Of a stretch of DNA of 30,697 nucleotides, positions 1-10,250 are shown piece by piece. Both the position numbers and the translations under genes were made by a program. The stretch is from IMG/VR virus record IMGVR_UViG_3300024228_000017, positions 1 through 30,697 of that record, one strand, 5' to 3'. The stretch comes from a virus (taxonomy: Duplodnaviria; Caudoviricetes). The notes beneath the pieces were generated by a model that worked only from the letters and a program-made list of their open reading frames with translations, ran no database searches and was not told where the DNA came from. Within the stretch, counting starts at the first letter, position 1. Each line of letters begins with the position of its first letter.

Positions 1-1125
1 ACTAATATATTTTATAAACCTCTTGGTGTTGAAAAACTAGCATGTCCAACACTTACACTTTTATCAGTTACTGGATCTTACTCACCTAACCAGTTTATAT
101 TTTCAGGTTCATTTGAAGCAGTTGAAGCAGGTACATACTATATAGATATTCGACCGAGCAGTCACAGTACCTATGCTCAATCATTAACCCCTATCGTAAT
201 TACAGAAGCTCAAAATAAATTATGGAACACTACTAGTACGTTAGGATTTTCTGAATTAACACCAGGTACTCTTCACCCAACTGCCTCTATGTACTATACA
301 GTAGATGGTGCAGCATCCGATTGCGGAACAGTAACAGTCTTAGGAGATACATTTGAAATTGCAGCACAACCAGAAGTATGCCCTGTTGTAACAACATCAG
401 GCTTCCGAGCAGAGACAGGATTTTCCGGATCTGATTACAATGTATTATTCCCTGGAGGGTATTCTAACCCCTCTGGTTTACGATTAATAATGTCCGGTAC
501 TACAACTCAACTACCTGATGGAGATCCGATAAAAGAATTAGGATGGGTGATAGGAACTTCTAATCCCCCTTCAGTAAGTGGTAGTGGAACACTATTCCAA
601 GGACGTATTGCTACCAATGGAGGAGGAGCAGCTGGTCAAATAGGAGAATTCTACAATATAAGTACTAGAACAAATTCAATGGATATAAACGGTAATACAG
701 AATGGATTGAACCTAACACTACTTACTACATAAGAACATATGCTAGTGCCAGCAGCACTTGTGGAACCGCAGGTCCATCAGGTAGCTATGTTTACGGAAA
801 TACACTTTCAGATACAACAGGTGCAAGTACATATATAGCTTCAGAATCATACGACTTCGGTAGTGTGAGTACTGGTGTAGTATGTGATAATTTCCACAAT
901 GACAGTGGTAACAATACCGGGTACTTCTGGACTTATAGCAGTGGCACTTTCGGAGTACCGTTTGATATAGCAACACACTTATATACAGCACCTATAGCAA
1001 CTAATACATACGCAGCACCATCAAACTTCTATGTATCAGGTTCTAGACAAGGAACTGCAACTGTACGAACAATAGGGTCAAATGGAGCTTTCACTACTAG
1101 TGCTAACTGTGCATACACACCGTAA
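1..1125 (+). CDS. 5'-truncated virion structural / tail-associated protein with an FN3-like module
   Basis: Frame 1 is open from base 1 into the ATG at 289, so the gene starts before the window. Rich in G/S/T. ELGWVIGTSNPP...EPNTTYYIRTYA...YVYG resembles FN3-like modules of Bacteroidetes surface proteins. Confidence 0.6.
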   Translation, partial: TNIFYKPLGVEKLACPTLTLLSVTGSYSPNQFIFSGSFEAVEAGTYYIDIRPSSHSTYAQSLTPIVITEAQNKLWNTTSTLGFSELTPGTLHPTASMYYTVDGAASDCGTVTVLGDTFEIAAQPEVCPVVTTSGFRAETGFSGSDYNVLFPGGYSNPSGLRLIMSGTTTQLPDGDPIKELGWVIGTSNPPSVSGSGTLFQGRIATNGGGAAGQIGEFYNISTRTNSMDINGNTEWIEPNTTYYIRTYASASSTCGTAGPSGSYVYGNTLSDTTGASTYIASESYDFGSVSTGVVCDNFHNDSGNNTGYFWTYSSGTFGVPFDIATHLYTAPIATNTYAAPSNFYVSGSRQGTATVRTIGSNGAFTTSANCAYTP

Positions 1126-1137
1126 TAAATAAAAAAT

Positions 1138-2418
1138 ATGGCTCAATCATTAGCAACATTTAAAACTACAGCACCTAACCAGGGAGAGTTAAAGTATTTT
1201 ATAGACTCAAGTTCTGCAGGTAATGTGCACGTAGATTGGCTTACAATACATACAAGTGACTGTAACGGAGTAAGTAGACTAGAAAGTATACAGAATCTTA
1301 CTTCTATCGAAATAGGAGACGTAACACTTAGCACTGACAATGGAGTTGCATACAGCAACTACTACCTATACGAAATAATACCTGGGTTTACTGGGTCGTT
1401 AGATACTATAACTGGTTCATGTACATTCTCTACTTTACTACCTTTGCCAAGACTATATGACTTTAAAAATAACGATTATAACTCTCAGTTTAATAATGCT
1501 ATAGAGCCTAGAAGAGGATACTTAACAGGTTCAGCAGGTACAGTTACAGGAGGAGTTTTTGAAGTAGATTACTCTAGATCAGGTAATACTTTAGGACCTC
1601 GTAACCTCACAGCAATATTAAATAACACAGCTATTACAGCTTCATTTCAAGAATCTAACCTATACTCTAAAACCTGGACATCAGCTAGATACGATGGAGC
1701 CAAACTTGATAGCGGTAGTTTATTCTACAATGACCCTGCTCTTTCATTCAAGAAGTTTGAAGCAGTTAAATACCCTCTTTTGGTTTCTTCAAGCTTCATA
1801 AGATCTCAATCTTTTTCTGATCTTGAATTCAATGAGTTTTATTTCAACCCTCCTTTTGAAGTTATAAGACCAGGTTCTACAGATGAACTAAAAAGTTACC
1901 ACCAAGGTAGCACAGTAGATATACCACCAGTTGGTCAGCCAGTTTATGAGCTAGTAGGTAGTGACTTTAAAAGAGTGACTAAAACTAAACTATATATACC
2001 TGACGAAAATGAAATAATTGCTATAGATAATAGTGAAGCAAGATATGAACTTAAACCAACACCTTCAGGTAGTATAGCTGCAACTGATAACCTGTTTCAT
2101 GTAAGTATGAAAACTATGAAATCTCTAGAAACTATTTACTACTGGAACTCTTCAAATAGTTTAGCAGAAGTAGAAATAAGACAAGGTAGATCAGAACAAC
2201 TAATAATAAGTGGAACGTTTATAAGTTCAACAGAAGGGTATTCTCTAGATGCTCCTGGAGTTAGTCCGAGAATAGGTACTAATGCATCATCTAATCACTA
2301 CTCTGGTCAATCAATAAGCATAACTCAACCATGGCAAGCACAAGCTGATAATGGAAGTTTTTCACATAGAAATGTAGATACTTACGTATTTAGAATAGAT
2401 TCAAGTTCCGCTAATTAA
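1138..2418 (+). CDS. putative tail/baseplate structural protein
   Basis: 426-aa S/T-rich ORF with TGS/SGS motifs, lying within the tail block. Confidence 0.5.
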   Translation: MAQSLATFKTTAPNQGELKYFIDSSSAGNVHVDWLTIHTSDCNGVSRLESIQNLTSIEIGDVTLSTDNGVAYSNYYLYEIIPGFTGSLDTITGSCTFSTLLPLPRLYDFKNNDYNSQFNNAIEPRRGYLTGSAGTVTGGVFEVDYSRSGNTLGPRNLTAILNNTAITASFQESNLYSKTWTSARYDGAKLDSGSLFYNDPALSFKKFEAVKYPLLVSSSFIRSQSFSDLEFNEFYFNPPFEVIRPGSTDELKSYHQGSTVDIPPVGQPVYELVGSDFKRVTKTKLYIPDENEIIAIDNSEARYELKPTPSGSIAATDNLFHVSMKTMKSLETIYYWNSSNSLAEVEIRQGRSEQLIISGTFISSTEGYSLDAPGVSPRIGTNASSNHYSGQSISITQPWQAQADNGSFSHRNVDTYVFRIDSSSAN

Positions 2419-2446
2419 CCTTATTCAATAAAACATTAAACCAATA

Positions 2447-2454
2447 TATTTATA
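2447..2454 (+). promoter_or_regulatory. TATTTATA putative late promoter
   Basis: Intergenic copy 18 nt before ATG 2473; the motif recurs in most intergenic gaps. Confidence 0.6.
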
Positions 2455-2472
2455 TAAAAGAAACATAATCAA

Positions 2473-3132
2473 ATGGGATATTTAAACAACAGTGTCGTAA
2501 CAGTCGATGCAATTTTAACAAAAAAAGGAAGAGAGTTACTAGCTAGAGGTGACGGCTCTTTTAATATTACACAATTTGCACTAGCAGATGATGAAATAGA
2601 CTACACTCTATATAACCCAGATCATGCATCAGGGTCTGCCTTCTACGGACAAGCAATTGAAAACATGCCACTACTAGAAGCATTTCCAGATGAGACTCAA
2701 GTTATGAAATATAAACTTTCAACACTACCTAGAGGTACATCAAAACTTCCTCTATTAGAAGCAGGGTATGCATCTATTAGTTTGAGACAAGGAGCAGCAT
2801 TAGCAATAACTCCACAAACGTTAAACTACTTAGGAGCTACTTCTACTTTTGAAGCAGGAGGGTATACAGCTACTATAGCAGACGCAAGAGTACTATCTAA
2901 TTTCTCCGGTGTAGGGGTAAATACAGAAGAAGCTGATAACCTTAACAGTCAAACAACATTAGGTACTAACGTTTCTAAGACAGTAATAGGGACATCTATT
3001 AACCTTACAGCAACAACAGTGAATACTTTATTCGGTACAAGATCTTCATTACAGACTACAATTACTTTAATTGGTAGAGATAGTGGAGCCAGAGTAAATA
3101 TTCCTGTAACTATAACAAAAGTAAATATATAA
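2473..3132 (+). CDS. putative baseplate/tail structural protein
   Basis: N-terminal ILTKKGRELLA...ITQFALADD resembles the start of tail-collar/fibre-anchor (DUF3751-like) domains; tail-block context. Confidence 0.55.
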   Translation: MGYLNNSVVTVDAILTKKGRELLARGDGSFNITQFALADDEIDYTLYNPDHASGSAFYGQAIENMPLLEAFPDETQVMKYKLSTLPRGTSKLPLLEAGYASISLRQGAALAITPQTLNYLGATSTFEAGGYTATIADARVLSNFSGVGVNTEEADNLNSQTTLGTNVSKTVIGTSINLTATTVNTLFGTRSSLQTTITLIGRDSGARVNIPVTITKVNI

Positions 3133-3136
3133 TATT

Positions 3137-4123
3137 ATGTCATACAGAAGATTTGATAACGACGACATTGTAGTAAGTGCAGACTCTATTACTTCACCAG
3201 CATGGTCTAATAATGCTGTAACCCTAAGCACATACGTTACAGGTTCACAAGCAGGAACAGATTCAGGTAAATATTACTACCATGTATATAACACAGGATC
3301 ATCTGATCAAGAAATACAGTTTGCAATAGCATACGGTCATAGACTTGGAAGTGGTTCTGGATTATACGATGCAAGTATAGTAGGAAAGTCTTATAGTTCT
3401 ACAGTTTACGGTCAATTTAGAACTCTTATAAATGGAGATGAAGATACTGACTTTTCTTTTTTAGAAAGCGGTACACCTACAACACCAGATAGTGTGCACT
3501 TTATTTCGATACAGAGATCAAGATTTAAAGAGAAAATACTACCGGGTTCAATCCTACTTTCTCTTTCTGGATCAGCCGGTGATCTTAAACTAACTGATAA
3601 TAGTAAAACAGAGACTACAGATAGTTTTGTAGATGCAGGTAGAGTATATAGTTTATATTCTGGATCAGCAGCAGGTACTGTAATAAGTACTACTATTGAA
3701 TACGGAAAAGTATACCCTGATGTAGGTTTAATAGCTCTAAATACCGATAAGCTAGTAGCAGATAACTTTATGGGAGCTGTAAATGTAACATCGAATTACA
3801 CAACAGTTGACGGAAAAGAAACCTGTTTAAATTCTCTAGTATCAGGATCAGGATTTGCTTTGAGAGCTGACGAAACTTTATCTTCTAACTTTATTTTTGT
3901 TAGAGCAAGAAATAGTGAATTTAATTACTCTACTAATCCATCTAATATAACAGGCTCAGGTGAATTACGTCATAGTACAATGATTGATAATCCTCAATCT
4001 TATATTTCACAAGTAGGTCTATATAACGACAGTAATGATCTTTTAGCAGTAGCTAAACTATCTACTCCATTATTAAAAGATTTTACAAAAGAAGCTCTAG
4101 TAAGAATAAAACTTGACTATTAA
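3137..4123 (+). CDS. putative baseplate/tail structural protein (paralog of the next gene)
   Basis: C-terminus YISQVGLYNDSNDLLAVAKLSTPLLK...IKLDY closely matches that of 4127..5212. Confidence 0.6.
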   Translation: MSYRRFDNDDIVVSADSITSPAWSNNAVTLSTYVTGSQAGTDSGKYYYHVYNTGSSDQEIQFAIAYGHRLGSGSGLYDASIVGKSYSSTVYGQFRTLINGDEDTDFSFLESGTPTTPDSVHFISIQRSRFKEKILPGSILLSLSGSAGDLKLTDNSKTETTDSFVDAGRVYSLYSGSAAGTVISTTIEYGKVYPDVGLIALNTDKLVADNFMGAVNVTSNYTTVDGKETCLNSLVSGSGFALRADETLSSNFIFVRARNSEFNYSTNPSNITGSGELRHSTMIDNPQSYISQVGLYNDSNDLLAVAKLSTPLLKDFTKEALVRIKLDY

Positions 4124-4126
4124 TGA

Positions 4127-5212
4127 ATGAGTGCTTACAAAAAACTAAAATCTCAAGATTCATTTGTTACAACATATGTAGCTAAAAAGAACTGGTACAT
4201 CTCCGGAAGTACTATCGACTTAGCAGCAATTGGGGTTCAAGCACTATATGCATTATCAGGTTCAGAAGAAGTAGCAGAACTATCTGTAGGTAAATCAAAT
4301 TTTAATTACGGTCCTACAGAAAGCAGCATATCTAATCAAGGTACTTTTAACTCAGCATTAGTTTATAAAAGTTTAGAACAGCTCTACTATAGAGATTATA
4401 ATCTAGATAACGGTTCTATACTAAACTCAGATTACCAAATAGCAGCATTAAGTGGTTCTTCTGTAACAACTAACGTTGGATTAGATACAACAGACTACCC
4501 TAAAAGAAAAATATACGATCACTACGAACCTACAACCGATACTCCAAACGGTACTATTAACCCTTCTGGTTCAAGATACCTTAGCTCATCAGCTATGGTT
4601 TACTCTTTACCGAGAGATATAATAGGAACTCATATTGAACCCGGTTCATTTAAAATGATCCCGGCTTATAACAACGCAGTAATAACCTCTCTAGGCGGAC
4701 AGTATGTAGAAGAAGATTACGTTGTGACCGGATATATAGCAACCGAAATAAACTCATCTAGCCAAGCAGGGTATCTAGGAGGACTAGAAGCCATAGTAGA
4801 TGACGGACAGGGTAATTTAAAACTCATCGACTCACAACAACATATTAATATAGGTAACATAATATATTCTCACGGTATTGTAGTACTTACTAATACTGAT
4901 GTAGCTGAATATTTTCACGATTCTGCTTCACTAGATGTACTTTCTTATAAGTCTAATCAACCTATTTATACATATAACTACCACTTAAAGGTTTCTGATT
5001 ATGAATACAATCACACACTTAACACTAGTGCGTTGACTGGTTCAGACAATAAATTAAAAGATAACGTAAGTGGTTCATCATTTCAACCTTACATAACATC
5101 TGTAGGTTTATATAATGATACAAATGAATTAATAGCAGTTGGAAAGCTAAGTCAACCCTTAGTTAAACCAGCTGAGACAGAACTAACAGTACAAGTAAAA
5201 TTAGATATATAA
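4127..5212 (+). CDS. putative baseplate/tail structural protein (paralog of the previous gene)
   Basis: C-terminus YITSVGLYNDTNELIAVGKLSQPLVK...VKLDI; shares the IxPGS and GxIY/VY motifs with the previous gene. Confidence 0.6.
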   Translation: MSAYKKLKSQDSFVTTYVAKKNWYISGSTIDLAAIGVQALYALSGSEEVAELSVGKSNFNYGPTESSISNQGTFNSALVYKSLEQLYYRDYNLDNGSILNSDYQIAALSGSSVTTNVGLDTTDYPKRKIYDHYEPTTDTPNGTINPSGSRYLSSSAMVYSLPRDIIGTHIEPGSFKMIPAYNNAVITSLGGQYVEEDYVVTGYIATEINSSSQAGYLGGLEAIVDDGQGNLKLIDSQQHINIGNIIYSHGIVVLTNTDVAEYFHDSASLDVLSYKSNQPIYTYNYHLKVSDYEYNHTLNTSALTGSDNKLKDNVSGSSFQPYITSVGLYNDTNELIAVGKLSQPLVKPAETELTVQVKLDI

Positions 5213-5213
5213 A

Positions 5214-8200
5214 ATGGCAATTAACTTTAGACACATAAAAGGATCAGCACTTACTCATGCAGAGATGGATAGTAACCTAGGTTCTTATTTTCATTCAGCA
5301 TCTATATCAGTCAATGATGATAGCGGAAGTACTATAACACTTTTTAGGTCTGAATCAAATGGTTCATCCCTTACTCTTACTACTGCTTCAATTATAATTG
5401 TATCATCTTCATATGCGTTAACAGCTTCTTATGCTGATAATGGTGGTAGTGTAGATTATATTTCAAACGTTAACTTAGATGGATCTAATTTAAGAATAAC
5501 AGGTTCAAATAATGCTTTTGATGGAGTAATTGACCTTAGTACTATATCAGTAACATCTTCATCTTATGCTAATAACGCTAGTACTGCTGATAGCTCTACA
5601 TCATCATCTTATGCTAATAACGCTAGTACTGCTGATAGCTCTACATCATCATCTTATGCAGTTACAGCTTCTTATGCTACAAATGCAGGAGCAGGAGTAG
5701 GGTTTCCATATACGGGATCAGCTGAAATAACCGGATCACTAGCTGTAATAGGAGGCGGTATAACAGGGTCACTTTTAGGAACTGCATCACACGCAATATC
5801 AGCATCACATGAAACTACTTATGAATTATCTTCTTCTCATGCTGAAAATGCTGATAGTTCTATATCATCTTCTTATGCTTCTACATCTCCTATCCAGTCA
5901 AATGGATTAACAGTAAATGGAACAGGAGCTGACGGCTTCCTTTATATAAATGGTAATGCAGCAACTACTAACCCTACAAACGTGCAGGGTATGGCTTTTG
6001 CTTATAACGACGATGGAGGTAATAGAGCTAGTATGATTTATTACAATCCAGGTACAGTAACAAGTGCTGAAAATGCATCCTACTACTTCGGTATAGAAAA
6101 TGAATTTATTGATTCAGCAAGTATTGTAGCAGGTAATACTGTAGAACAATCCAGAACAAGTAGTTTGAATTTAAAAATGTACGGTAATGGAATGATCGAT
6201 TTAGTTGGAGCTTATCCAACTATAGGAAATACACAATGGAGATTACCAGTTGTATCAGGGTCAGCAGGACAAGTACTTAAGTATCCTTCATCAGGTATCC
6301 TTTTAGAATGGGGTAATTCAAGTGACCTAACAGGTTTAAACTTAATATCAGGTTCAGGTCAAATAGACGGCTTAGGATTTTTACAAACTGGTTCTTTAAC
6401 TAGTTCTTTAGATAGTTTAGGATACTTAGACAAAACAGCAAGTAGATTAGATATTCAAGATTTCTTAACAGGATCATTATCAGATGTAATAACTGGATCA
6501 AGTTTAGATTTAATTTCTGGTTCTGGTCAAATAGACGGATTAGGGTTTTTACTTACTGGTTCTTTAGGAGACAAAATAGACGGATTAGGAAAGAACTTCT
6601 TTACAGGTTCAGGTCAGCTACCAGGAGGATTAATATCCGGTTCAGGTCAGCTAGGTGATTTGAACTTTCTTAATAAAACAGAATCAAGATTAGATATTCA
6701 AGACTTTTTAACAGGATCATTATCAGACGTAATAACTGGTTCAAGTTTATCTTTACTTTCAGGTTCAGACCAAATAAGTGATTTAGGCTACTTAACTGGA
6801 TTAGGAGGAGGATTAATATCAGGTTCAGGACAAATAAGTGATTTAGGTTACTTAAGTGGATTAGGAACAGGATTAATATCAGGTTCAGGACAAATAGGAG
6901 GCTTAGGGTATTTACTTACTAGTTCTTTAGGAGACAAGATAGACGGGTTAGGAAAGAATTTCTTTACCGGATCTGGTCAGCTACCAGGAGGATTAATATC
7001 CGGATCTGGTCAGCTACCAGCAGATCTTATTTCTGGATCAGGTCAGTTGAATGATCTTAACTTCTTAAACAAGTCTGACAGTAGATTAGATATAGACGAC
7101 TACCTTACAGGATCTCTAGGTTCTATTATTGGTAACTCTACCTTAACATTATTTTCAGGATCAGGTCAGCTACCAGCTGGATTATTTTCAGGATCAGGTC
7201 AGCTACCAACTGGATTATTTTCAGGATCATTTGGAGACTTAGCCCCTACAGGCTTACTATCCGGATCAGGTCAGTTAACAGATTTAAACTTTTTAGATAA
7301 ATCTGACTCTAGATTAGATATAGATGACTACCTTACCGGTTCTTTAGGAGCTATTATCAGCCACTCAGCATTAGCCTTATTCTCTGGTTCAAGTCAAGTA
7401 TCATTTACAGGAATAGGCTCTAAGCCATCAGGATTAGTATCAGGATCTGCTCAAGTATCATTCACAGGATTAGATAACATTCCATCCGACATAGTATCAG
7501 GATCAGTTATAAGGTCACTACCTTCTGATTTAGTATCTGGTTCATCACAAATATCATTCACAAATATAGGCTCTAAACCTTCTGGATTGATTTCTGGTTC
7601 AGGTCAGTTACCAACAGGATTAGTTTCCGGATCAAGTCAAGTATCCTTTGCCAGTATAGGTTCTAAACCAACAGGATTAGTTTCCGGTTCAGGTCAAGTA
7701 TCATTTACAGGACTAGGTAATATACCAGCTGATATAGTATCCGGATCAGTAATACGAGAGTTACCTTCTGATCTAGTATCTGCTTCAGCACAAATATCAT
7801 TTACAAATATAGGATCTAAACCAACAGGATTAGTATCTGGATCAAGTCAAGTATCCTTTGCTAGTATAGGATCTAAACCATCAGGGTTAGTATCTGGATC
7901 AAGTCAAGTATCCTTTGCCAGTATAGGTTCTAAACCATCTGGCCTTGTATCAGGATCAGGTCAAGTATCATTTACAGGGCTTGATAACATACCATCCGAC
8001 ATAGTATCCGGATCAGTTGTAAGAAGTTTACCTTCTGATTTAGTATCTGCTTCAGCACAAATATCATTTGCAAGCATAAGCTCTAAACCAACAGGATTAG
8101 TTTCTGCTTCTGGACAAATATCATATAGTTCTATTTCATCTCTACCAACGTTATTCGATGGTGATTATGATAGTCTATCAAGTAAGCCAACTTTATTTGA

Positions 8201-9044
8201 CGGTACGTATGCTAGTCTATCAAGTAAACCTGCTTTAATATCAGGAGGAGCTCAAATTACATTTGGAGATATACCTTCCCTACCTACATTCATTACAGGA
8301 TCAGCCCAAATTACAGACCTTGGATTTACTGGAGATTACACTCACCCTAATCACTCTGGGGATGTAACATCAGCTGGAGATGGAGCTACTACGATAGCTG
8401 CTAATAAAGTTACCCATGCTAAATACCAGCAAATAGCAACCGATACTATTATAGGTAGAACAGCATCAGGAACTGGAAATGTAACAGCATTAACAGCTGC
8501 AGAAGTAAGAGCTATTTTAAACGTTGCAAATGGTGCAACAGCTAATACAGGAGACATTACAGCAGTTACAGCAGGATCTGGTATGAGCGGTGGTGCTACA
8601 TCTGGAGCTGCTACAGTAACATTAGGAGATCCAAGTACTTTAACTGCAGCAACCACTAACGGTACTACAGCTACATCACATACACATACTATAACAACTA
8701 CAGATGACGGAACAGCTAGTACAATTGTAGCTACAGACGCTAATGGGGAAATATCAGCTGCTAACTTTAATACTACTTCTGATAAAAGATTAAAGTCTAA
8801 TATCGAACCAATAAAAGAAGGTTTGGAAGTAATAAAAAAATTCGTATCTTATGAATACGAACTTAACGGTAAACAAGACGCTGGGTTTATTGCTCAAGAA
8901 GTACAAGAAGTATTACCTTACGCAGTACAAGAAAAATCAGATGGTTACTTAGGAATGAATAACAAACCAGTACTTGCTCATTTACATAAAGCTATATTAG
9001 AATTAGATCAAAGATTAACTGATATAGAAAACAAAATAGGATAA
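5214..9044 (+). CDS. long tail fibre with C-terminal peptidase S74 intramolecular chaperone
   Basis: 1276 aa with a repetitive SGSGQ shaft. The C-terminal TSDKRLKSNIEPI...GFIAQEVQEVLP...LHKAILEL is the S74 auto-cleaving chaperone signature (S-D at 8778-8783). Confidence 0.88.
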   Translation: MAINFRHIKGSALTHAEMDSNLGSYFHSASISVNDDSGSTITLFRSESNGSSLTLTTASIIIVSSSYALTASYADNGGSVDYISNVNLDGSNLRITGSNNAFDGVIDLSTISVTSSSYANNASTADSSTSSSYANNASTADSSTSSSYAVTASYATNAGAGVGFPYTGSAEITGSLAVIGGGITGSLLGTASHAISASHETTYELSSSHAENADSSISSSYASTSPIQSNGLTVNGTGADGFLYINGNAATTNPTNVQGMAFAYNDDGGNRASMIYYNPGTVTSAENASYYFGIENEFIDSASIVAGNTVEQSRTSSLNLKMYGNGMIDLVGAYPTIGNTQWRLPVVSGSAGQVLKYPSSGILLEWGNSSDLTGLNLISGSGQIDGLGFLQTGSLTSSLDSLGYLDKTASRLDIQDFLTGSLSDVITGSSLDLISGSGQIDGLGFLLTGSLGDKIDGLGKNFFTGSGQLPGGLISGSGQLGDLNFLNKTESRLDIQDFLTGSLSDVITGSSLSLLSGSDQISDLGYLTGLGGGLISGSGQISDLGYLSGLGTGLISGSGQIGGLGYLLTSSLGDKIDGLGKNFFTGSGQLPGGLISGSGQLPADLISGSGQLNDLNFLNKSDSRLDIDDYLTGSLGSIIGNSTLTLFSGSGQLPAGLFSGSGQLPTGLFSGSFGDLAPTGLLSGSGQLTDLNFLDKSDSRLDIDDYLTGSLGAIISHSALALFSGSSQVSFTGIGSKPSGLVSGSAQVSFTGLDNIPSDIVSGSVIRSLPSDLVSGSSQISFTNIGSKPSGLISGSGQLPTGLVSGSSQVSFASIGSKPTGLVSGSGQVSFTGLGNIPADIVSGSVIRELPSDLVSASAQISFTNIGSKPTGLVSGSSQVSFASIGSKPSGLVSGSSQVSFASIGSKPSGLVSGSGQVSFTGLDNIPSDIVSGSVVRSLPSDLVSASAQISFASISSKPTGLVSASGQISYSSISSLPTLFDGDYDSLSSKPTLFDGTYASLSSKPALISGGAQITFGDIPSLPTFITGSAQITDLGFTGDYTHPNHSGDVTSAGDGATTIAANKVTHAKYQQIATDTIIGRTASGTGNVTALTAAEVRAILNVANGATANTGDITAVTAGSGMSGGATSGAATVTLGDPSTLTAATTNGTTATSHTHTITTTDDGTASTIVATDANGEISAANFNTTSDKRLKSNIEPIKEGLEVIKKFVSYEYELNGKQDAGFIAQEVQEVLPYAVQEKSDGYLGMNNKPVLAHLHKAILELDQRLTDIENKIG
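5559..5659 (+). repeat. exact 45-nt tandem repeat (2.2 copies) encoding SSYANNASTADSSTS
   Basis: tcatcttatgctaataacgctagtactgctgatagctctacatca at 5559 and 5604, with a partial copy at 5649. Confidence 0.9.
6340..8130 (+). repeat. nested coding repeats of the fibre shaft
   Basis: Dozens of L(I/V/F)SGS(G/S/A)Q units. SRLDIxD(F/Y)LTGSL x4, SLGDKIDGLGKNFFTGSGQLPGGL x2, IPxDIVSGSVxRxLPSDLVS x3, and 19-aa SFxxIGSKPxGLVSGSxQV units. Boundaries approximate. Confidence 0.85.
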
Positions 9045-9045
9045 T

Positions 9046-9762
9046 ATGCCAGCACCAGGATCAGGTAAGATATACGAGTTTAATAGACTCGAAAGCGGAG
9101 GAATGGTAACCGCTATACAAGGCTGTAATATGACTACAGAGTATGATATCAATGCCAGCAACGATCCTCGAACTACATTTGGAACATATTACGCTATACA
9201 TGCCGGAGCACAGAGCATTGCTAATATAGACACAAGTACAATATTTTATAGTGACTTTGGGACTGAATTTCCATTTGTTGGACAAGACGAATGGTACGGT
9301 GTTAGAGAATCAGGTTCAGCTGATGATGTAAAACCAGAAATAGTTGTACAGATAAATGACTCTGGAGAGGTATCCACTATCTTTACCTGTGCTCTACTAG
9401 GTAGATTCTCAGTATCTGGTAGTATACCTTACGTAGATTATTATGCAGGTTCTTTTACAATGTTTGAATCAGGAGCAATAGCAGCAGGTTCAGCATCAGA
9501 GGGAGGAATAAAAAGAACAGCTGCTAATAGAGGAGATTATACATCTATAGAAGGAGCAGTATCTGAATCGTGTTTTGATTTTGGTATAGTATTTTCCGGC
9601 AGTAACTTTAATGAATTTATTTCTCAATCTATACCAGAAGGTTTTGATGAAACAATCACCGGGGAAATAATTACAGACCCATCAACACAAATTTCAAGTT
9701 CACTACAATTTCAAGGTTACCCACTAGGAGGATTTACAGGTAGTGGAATGGGTAGTGAGTAA
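9046..9762 (+). CDS. putative tail-associated protein
   Basis: 238 aa, immediately after the fibre, SGS-rich, with a Cys-bracketed beta-rich module similar to the end of ORF 1..1125. Confidence 0.5.
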   Translation: MPAPGSGKIYEFNRLESGGMVTAIQGCNMTTEYDINASNDPRTTFGTYYAIHAGAQSIANIDTSTIFYSDFGTEFPFVGQDEWYGVRESGSADDVKPEIVVQINDSGEVSTIFTCALLGRFSVSGSIPYVDYYAGSFTMFESGAIAAGSASEGGIKRTAANRGDYTSIEGAVSESCFDFGIVFSGSNFNEFISQSIPEGFDETITGEIITDPSTQISSSLQFQGYPLGGFTGSGMGSE

Positions 9763-9773
9763 AACTAAACATA

Positions 9774-10250
9774 ATGACAGAACCAATTTGGACTTACGAC
9801 GGTAAATTAATTACCGAAATATCCGATATGCCAGAAGGAACTTACGGATTTATATACGAAGTAACACATTTAGAAACTAAACAGAAGTATATTGGAAAAA
9901 AAGTTTTGTTTTTTGAAAGAAACAAAAGACTAGGAAAAAAAGCTTTAGAAGCTTTAAGACTAGAAAGAAAAGCAAAAGGAATCGGAGGAAGAACTCCTGC
10001 TAAACAAAAAGTAATAACCGAATCAGATTGGTTATCTTACTTTGGATCTCATCTAAAAATAAAAGAACTACTAAAAAGAGATGGTCCGTTAGCATTTTCT
10101 AAAAAAATTATTCAGTACGTACCTAATAAAAAGCAGCTAACATATTTTGAATGTAAGCACCTATTTATAAATGAAGTACTAGACTCTAGAAATAACTATA
10201 TTAATGATAATATTCTAGGTAAGTTTTATAGAAAAGACTTCAACTTATGA
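9774..10250 (+). CDS. GIY-YIG family endonuclease-like protein
   Basis: GFIY-x9-YIGKK, followed by ESDWxSYFGS, a Glu-bearing helix (LTYFE) and YINDNI. Confidence 0.7.
   Translation: MTEPIWTYDGKLITEISDMPEGTYGFIYEVTHLETKQKYIGKKVLFFERNKRLGKKALEALRLERKAKGIGGRTPAKQKVITESDWLSYFGSHLKIKELLKRDGPLAFSKKIIQYVPNKKQLTYFECKHLFINEVLDSRNNYINDNILGKFYRKDFNL

Noticed and set aside
6340-8130. Fibre repeats as a CRISPR array or DGR template/variable repeats
   Set aside because: Repeats are in frame with synonymous divergence, have no unique spacers and no adenine-specific mismatch pattern, and no reverse transcriptase is present in the window.
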